11,122 nucleotides of DNA. It comes from an uncultured archaeon (GTDB lineage Archaea; Iainarchaeota; Iainarchaeia; Iainarchaeales; CSSED10-239). Made by a program: the position numbers and the translations under genes. Under the pieces are notes generated by a model. It ran no database searches, was not told the DNA's origin, and was given only the letters and a program-made list of their open reading frames with translations. The DNA lies in assembly GCA_964468895.1 (NCBI GenBank), contig CAYXWT010000025.1, positions 1 through 11,122 of the forward strand, read 5' to 3'. This document shows positions 7,108 through 11,122 of this stretch, piece by piece. Within the stretch, counting starts at the first letter, position 1, and each line of letters opens with the position of its first letter.

Positions 7108-7411
7108 CTTTTTTTTCTTTGTATGTTCTAAACCTAAATAGATTCTAGGTTCAGTATATATTATAAATAGAAATGTTAATAAATGTTAATATTAGTTAGG
7201 TTTATTTTTAAGCAGTTTCTAAAAAATAAAAAGAGTAATAAAAGTCTATTTACATAAATATGCTATTAGAGGATATATATTTTATTTAGAAGTTGTTGGT
7301 AATTATATATTTATTAAACCAAAATTTACTTAGAAGATTTTATTAATAAATTGTTCTTGCATTTACAGTTCTAATTATGGTTTTATAGGTTGAAATAAGA
7401 TGTTTATTTTA

Positions 7412-7440
7412 TTTTGCTAAGGCCATCTACCCTTTCGAAA
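7412..7440 (+). repeat. Junction element copy J7
   Basis: TTTTGCTAAGGCCATCTACCCTTTCGAAA. Its end lies 44 nt upstream of ATG 7484. Confidence 0.7.
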
Positions 7441-7483
7441 AGGATATCTAAATCAAATTCTATAGTATATCTGATGATTATTT

Positions 7484-8333
7484 ATGATTAGTAAAAAATC
7501 AATTAAATTATTTGAAAATAAAAAAAGTACGAGTTTCTTGGGATGAAGATAAAGAAGAATGGTATTTTTTTATAGTTGATGTAATAAAAATATTAACAGG
7601 GATTGTTTATTCTAATGCTTATTGGAGAAAATTAAAGCAAAGGTTAAAAGAAGAAGGAAATCAAACCGTGACAAATTGTAACACTTTGAAAATGCGTTCT
7701 CTTAATGGAAAAATGAGACTTACTGATACAGGAACTACAGAACAAATATTAAGATTAATTCAATCAATTCCTTCAAAAAAAGTTGAACCTTTCAAAATTT
7801 GGTTAGCAAAAGTTGGAAATGAAAGAATTAATGAAATGTATGCCCCTGAACTTGCAATTGAACGAGCTATGAATACTTATTTACAAAAAGGATATTCAAA
7901 AGATTGGATAAATCAAAGATTAAAAACTATTGAAGTAAGAAAAGAATTAACAGATGAGTGGGTAAGAGTAGGAATAGAAAAAAGAACATATTTTGCAATA
8001 CTTACAAATGAAATTATAAAAGCATGGTCTGGTAAGTCTATTAAAGATTATAAAAAATTAAAAAATCTTAAAAAAGAAAATCTTAGAGATAATATGAGTA
8101 ATCTTGAGCTTATTTTAAATATGCTTACTGAGGCAACTACCAAAGAAATCTCTGAAAAAGAAGATCCTTCTAATTTTAGTGAAAGTAAAGAGATTGCTAT
8201 AGAAGGAGGAACAACTGTAAAAGTTGCAAAGGATAGAATTGAAAAAAGATTAGGTAAAACAATAGTTACCTCTAAAAATGCAAAAGAAATTTGTTTTAAA
8301 GATAAGAAAAGATTATTAAAACCCAAAAAATAA
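7484..8333 (+). pseudogene. Bro-N/DinD-like gene (copy C) with a +1 frameshift in an A7 run. It could alternatively be an N-terminally shortened CDS from TTG 7512.
   Basis: ATG 7484 gives MISKKSIKLFENKK, the canonical Bro-N start. The frame then shifts within A7 (7520-7526). Removing one A continues as VRVSWDEDKEEWYFFIVDVIKILT...SKKVEPFKIWLAKVGNERINEMYAPELAIERAMNTYLQKGYSKDWINQRLKTIEVRKELTDEW. Confidence 0.7.
7668..7684. repeat. Intragenic imperfect palindrome (Bro-N copy C)
   Basis: GTG-ACAA-A-TTGT-(AA)-CAC. It encodes VTNCNT. This is the weakest member of the set. Confidence 0.5.
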
Positions 8334-8444
8334 TTATTAAAGGCAAAACATTGATAAATGGTTTTTTTATTTATATTTAATTATTAAACTATTAAATTTT
8401 ATTTATAAAGTAGTATCTATTATTAAATAATAAGAGGTGTTATA

Positions 8445-9302
8445 ATGTTATTAAAAGAAAAATCATTAGTTGTATTTCAAAATTCAAAAATTAGAAGAAC
8501 TTGGTTTAATAATGAATGGTGGTTTGTAATAAAAGACATAATTTCTGTACTTACAGATTCTAAAGATCCTTCAGATTATTTAAAGAAATTAAGAAAAAGA
8601 GATCCTTATTTACAAAAGATATTTAAAGGGGGGGGACAATTTGTCCCCCCCCTTGGTTTAGAGTTTGATACTGTTGGTGGTGTACAAATGATTCAATGTT
8701 GGAATACATCAGGTCTGTTTAGACTTACTCAATCTATATCTAGTAAAAAAGCTGAACCTTTCAAAAGATGGCTTGCTAAGGTTGGTTATGAAAGAATAAA
8801 AGAAATAGAAAATCCTGAACTTGCTCAAAAGAGAATGAAAGAACTTTATAAACTAAAAGGATATTCAGAATCTTGGATTGAAAAAAGAGTTAGAGGTATT
8901 ATTATTAGAGATGAATTAACCGATGAATGGAAAGAAAGAGATGTTAATACTAATAAAGAATATTCTATACTAACAGCAGAAATAAGTAAAGAAACTTTTG
9001 GTATGACTCCTAGTGAGTTTAAAGATTTTAAAAATCTAAAAAATGAAAACTTAAGAGATCATATGAATGATTTAGAACTAATATTTTCTATGCTTGGAGA
9101 AAAAGTTACAAATGAAATTACTATTGCTAAAAATTCAAAAGGTTTTGATGAATGTGAAGTTTCTGCAAAACAAGGTGGTCAAGTTGCAGGTAATGCCAGA
9201 AAAGATGCAGAAGACAAAATTGGTAAACCTATTATTACTAAAGATAATTTCAAAAAAATTTCTGAAAAAGATAAAAAAAGTTTGTTAAAATCTAAAAAAT
9301 AA
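8445..9302 (+). CDS. Bro-N/DinD-like protein (copy B)
   Basis: 285-aa ORF with the RBS AAGAGGTG. By eye it is about 90% identical to copy A over the C-terminal 190 aa and about 70% over the N-terminal 50 aa. The central patch is replaced (FKGGGQFVPPLGLEFDTVGGVQMIQCWNTSGLF). Confidence 0.8.
   Translation: MLLKEKSLVVFQNSKIRRTWFNNEWWFVIKDIISVLTDSKDPSDYLKKLRKRDPYLQKIFKGGGQFVPPLGLEFDTVGGVQMIQCWNTSGLFRLTQSISSKKAEPFKRWLAKVGYERIKEIENPELAQKRMKELYKLKGYSESWIEKRVRGIIIRDELTDEWKERDVNTNKEYSILTAEISKETFGMTPSEFKDFKNLKNENLRDHMNDLELIFSMLGEKVTNEITIAKNSKGFDECEVSAKQGGQVAGNARKDAEDKIGKPIITKDNFKKISEKDKKSLLKSKK
8626..8654. repeat. G8/C8 hairpin-forming palindrome inside Bro-N copy B
   Basis: AA-GGGGGGGG-ACA-ATT-TGT-CCCCCCCC-TT, with G8 at 8628-8635 and C8 at 8645-8652. 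The stem is 13 bp and the loop 3 nt. It encodes KGGGQFVPPL. Confidence 0.95.
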
Positions 9303-9531
9303 GATTTATAAAAAGTAAATATAGTTTATAATAAATTTGAAATTGTTTTTTAATTTTATGCGCAGTTTTGTGTTTTTTGAAAATGCAATTGCTATTTTAA
9401 TTTAGGTAGTATTCTATAGTGCTTATTTTAGTGATTGTTTTGACATAATTGTTTTTTTCAGTTTCTGCGCAAAACAACGTTTTTTTGAAATACACATTAG
9501 TTTTAAAACCATTTTGTTTAATAAATATATT

Positions 9532-10611
9532 ATGAAATATATAAACCCTAAACTATATTCTAAATCTAAAACTAATAAGGCTGCTGAACATCTTTGTCAT
9601 TTTACTGGTAATTATAAAGATATTTCTAAAACTGAAAGCAATTATTTAAAAATTATGGATAATTGGAGAAGTGCTCACAATTATCCTTTATCTATATTTA
9701 TAAAAAGATTAAAAAGAATAACTAAAGTTGCAGATTCTAAAAGTATTTGTAGTCAAAGACTTAAAAGAATGCCTTCTATTATTAAAAAGTTGAATAGATC
9801 TTATGTTGGTAATGAGCCTACTATGAGATATACTCAAATGCAAGATATTGCTGGATGTAGGTGTGTTGTTTCTACTTTAAAAAAAGTAAATACTGTATAT
9901 GATATTTATCTAAAAAACGGTTTGAGACACAAGTTAGTTAATAAAAAAGATTATATATCTAATCCTAAATCAGATGGTTATAGATGTATTCATTTAGTTT
10001 ATAGATTTGTTAGTGATAAAGGTAAACAAAACTATAATGGTTTACTTGTTGAAATTCAAATTAGATCTAAATTACAACATCTTTGGGCAACTGCAGTTGA
10101 AACAGTTGATTTTTTTACAAATCAAGCTATAAAATCAAATCAAGGTGACAAAGATTGGAAAGACTTTTTTAAATTAGTTAGTTCTGCATTTGCAAAACTA
10201 GAAAAATCTTCTACTATTGTAGAAGATACTCCTAATAATGAAAAAGAATTATGTTTGTGTATTAAAGAAAAAGAAGTTAAGTTAAATGCAATAAAGAATA
10301 TGAAATTATGGACTAAATCTATTAAATCTTTTGATGATTTAAAAAATAAAAAGCAAGATACAGCATTTTTTCTTTTAGAATTAGATGCAGGTTTAAATAG
10401 ATTGAATATATCTGCATATTCTAAAGCTGAAGAAGCTAAAGCTTTAGCTGATTATGCTTATTCTGAACAGAAAATTTATGGTCGTACTGAATGTGATGTT
10501 GTTTTAGTAGGTGTAGATAATTTAGTAGATTTAAAAGAAGCATATCCTAATTATTTTTTAGATACAGCTAAATTTATTAAACGTTTAGAGCGTATACTTA
10601 AAAAATATTAA
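9532..10611 (+). CDS. Stand-alone RelA/SpoT-domain nucleotide pyrophosphokinase (small alarmone synthetase / toxSAS-like) with an uncharacterised C-terminal extension of about 150 aa
   Basis: Synthetase motifs are present: YSKSKTNKAAEHL, MQDIAGCRCVV, SDGYRCIHLVYRF and LLVEIQIRSKLQHLWATAVE. There is no HD hydrolase, TGS or ACT region. I prefer ATG 9532 (MKYINPKLYSKSK) over the track's TTG 9514. Confidence 0.85.
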   Translation: MKYINPKLYSKSKTNKAAEHLCHFTGNYKDISKTESNYLKIMDNWRSAHNYPLSIFIKRLKRITKVADSKSICSQRLKRMPSIIKKLNRSYVGNEPTMRYTQMQDIAGCRCVVSTLKKVNTVYDIYLKNGLRHKLVNKKDYISNPKSDGYRCIHLVYRFVSDKGKQNYNGLLVEIQIRSKLQHLWATAVETVDFFTNQAIKSNQGDKDWKDFFKLVSSAFAKLEKSSTIVEDTPNNEKELCLCIKEKEVKLNAIKNMKLWTKSIKSFDDLKNKKQDTAFFLLELDAGLNRLNISAYSKAEEAKALADYAYSEQKIYGRTECDVVLVGVDNLVDLKEAYPNYFLDTAKFIKRLERILKKY

Positions 10612-10634
10612 TTAAAACTACTAATAATCATCAT
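9903..10634 (+). repeat. Near-identical direct repeat, copy B (732 nt)
   Basis: Partner of 5403-6134 at an offset of exactly 4500 nt. Confidence 0.95.
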
Positions 10635-10649
10635 CTTTTTCTTCATTTT

Positions 10650-10678
10650 TTTTGCTATGGCCACTTACCCTTTAGAAA
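10650..10678 (+). repeat. Junction element copy J8
   Basis: TTTTGCTATGGCCACTTACCCTTTAGAAA. TTTAG at 10671 is 40 nt upstream of ATG 10711. Confidence 0.85.
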
Positions 10679-10710
10679 AGAACTAGGTTTTTCATAGTGA
10701 TAGTATATTT

Positions 10711-11122
10711 ATGTCTAAAAATAAATTAGAAATTATTTCTTTAAAAGATTCTACTATTAAAAACAAAATTTACTTAATAAGAGAAAAACAAGTTATGATA
10801 GATCGAGATTTAGCTAAATTATATAGTGTGTCTACTAAAAGATTAAATGAACAAGTTAAAAGAAATATAGATAGATTTCCTGAGGACTTTATGTTTCGTA
10901 TAGATAAAAATGAAAAAGATGAGCTGGTCGCAATTTGCGACCACCTCAAATCTATTAAATTTGCATCCAGTTTACCATTTGTCTTTACTGAACAAGGAGT
11001 AGCTATGCTTTCAGGGATACTAAATAGTAAGAAAGCAATAGATATAAATATTCAAATTATGAGAGCTTTTGTATCTATGAAAAGATTTATTTCATCTAAT
11101 ATATCTATTTCTAATAGATTAG
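10711..11122 (+). CDS. ORF6N-domain protein, 3'-partial (runs off the window)
   Basis: The frame is open from ATG 10711 to the window end: MSKNKLEIISLKDSTIKNKIYLIREKQVMIDRDLAKLYSVSTKRLNEQVKRNIDRFPEDFMFRIDKNEKDELVAICDHLKSIKFASSLPFVFTEQGVAMLSGILNSKKAIDINIQIMRAFVSMKRFISSNISISNRL. It is close to 2167..3054. It is absent from the ORF track because there is no stop in the window. Confidence 0.85.
   Translation, partial: MSKNKLEIISLKDSTIKNKIYLIREKQVMIDRDLAKLYSVSTKRLNEQVKRNIDRFPEDFMFRIDKNEKDELVAICDHLKSIKFASSLPFVFTEQGVAMLSGILNSKKAIDINIQIMRAFVSMKRFISSNISISNRL
10925..10943. repeat. Intragenic palindrome
   Basis: TGGTCGCAA-T-TTGCGACCA, identical to 2381-2399. Confidence 0.9.

Noticed and set aside
7171-7190. 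Tandem AAATGTTAAT x2 as a stand-alone feature
   Set aside because: There are only two units and the sequence is AT-rich. It is kept only as a possible operator within the TA-module finding.
8048-8326. 92-aa ORF on the minus strand
   Set aside because: It lies entirely antisense within the well-supported Bro-N copy C. The product is low-complexity and hydrophobic (FLSL..., SLLSL) with no RBS. This is the typical shadow ORF of AT-rich coding DNA.
9094-9288. 64-aa ORF in an alternative + frame
   Set aside because: It is nested out of frame inside Bro-N copy B. The sequence is K/L-rich and low-complexity, and the overlapping frame has strong family homology.
412-10678. Junction elements as a CRISPR array
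   Set aside because: Spacing is irregular, from 0.5 to over 3 kb. The intervals contain whole genes, the copies are only about 70-100% similar, and no cas genes are present.
412-10678. Junction elements as tRNA-fragment att sites or MITE ends
   Set aside because: I could not fold them into a tRNA arm or acceptor pattern. There are no flanking target-site duplications or terminal inverted repeats. Eight copies in one orientation within 10 kb is not what a single integration would leave.

Overview
The window is very AT-rich and looks like an accessory island. It is probably from a methanogenic archaeon, though this is tentative. The clues are an S-layer-like C-terminus at the left edge, GGTGAT/AGGTG ribosome-binding sites, a TTTATATT-type TATA box, TTG starts and a DUF2683-like antitoxin. 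A partial, codon-biased core gene ends at 241 and is followed by about 600 nt of non-coding DNA. The rest is a mostly same-strand array of paralogous cassettes. There are eight ORF6N/KilA-N-like genes or remnants: one is full length, one runs off the right edge, and six are decayed by nonsense mutations or microhomology deletions. There are three Bro-N/DinD-like genes, one of them frameshifted in an A7 run. There is one stand-alone RelA/SpoT (toxSAS-like) gene plus a 5'-truncated copy that is almost 100% identical. There is also a NYN RNase-like gene frameshifted in a T7 run, and one RelE-type toxin-antitoxin pair on the opposite strand. Two nucleotide-level signals are not explained by the genes. 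(1) A conserved 29-nt junction element, TTTTGCTAYGGYCANYYAYCCTTTAGAAA, occurs eight times in one orientation at cassette boundaries, and its TTTAG lies exactly 40 nt from the ATG of four ORF6N genes. (2) Every ORF6N and Bro-N copy carries a palindrome with a CAA-W-TTG core at the junction after its N-terminal DNA-binding domain. The arms of these palindromes co-vary, and they are read in two different frames. One copy is a G8/C8 hairpin in roughly 24% G+C DNA. No recombinase, transposase, tRNA/rRNA or CRISPR array is visible. All product calls come from motif memory and not from searches.
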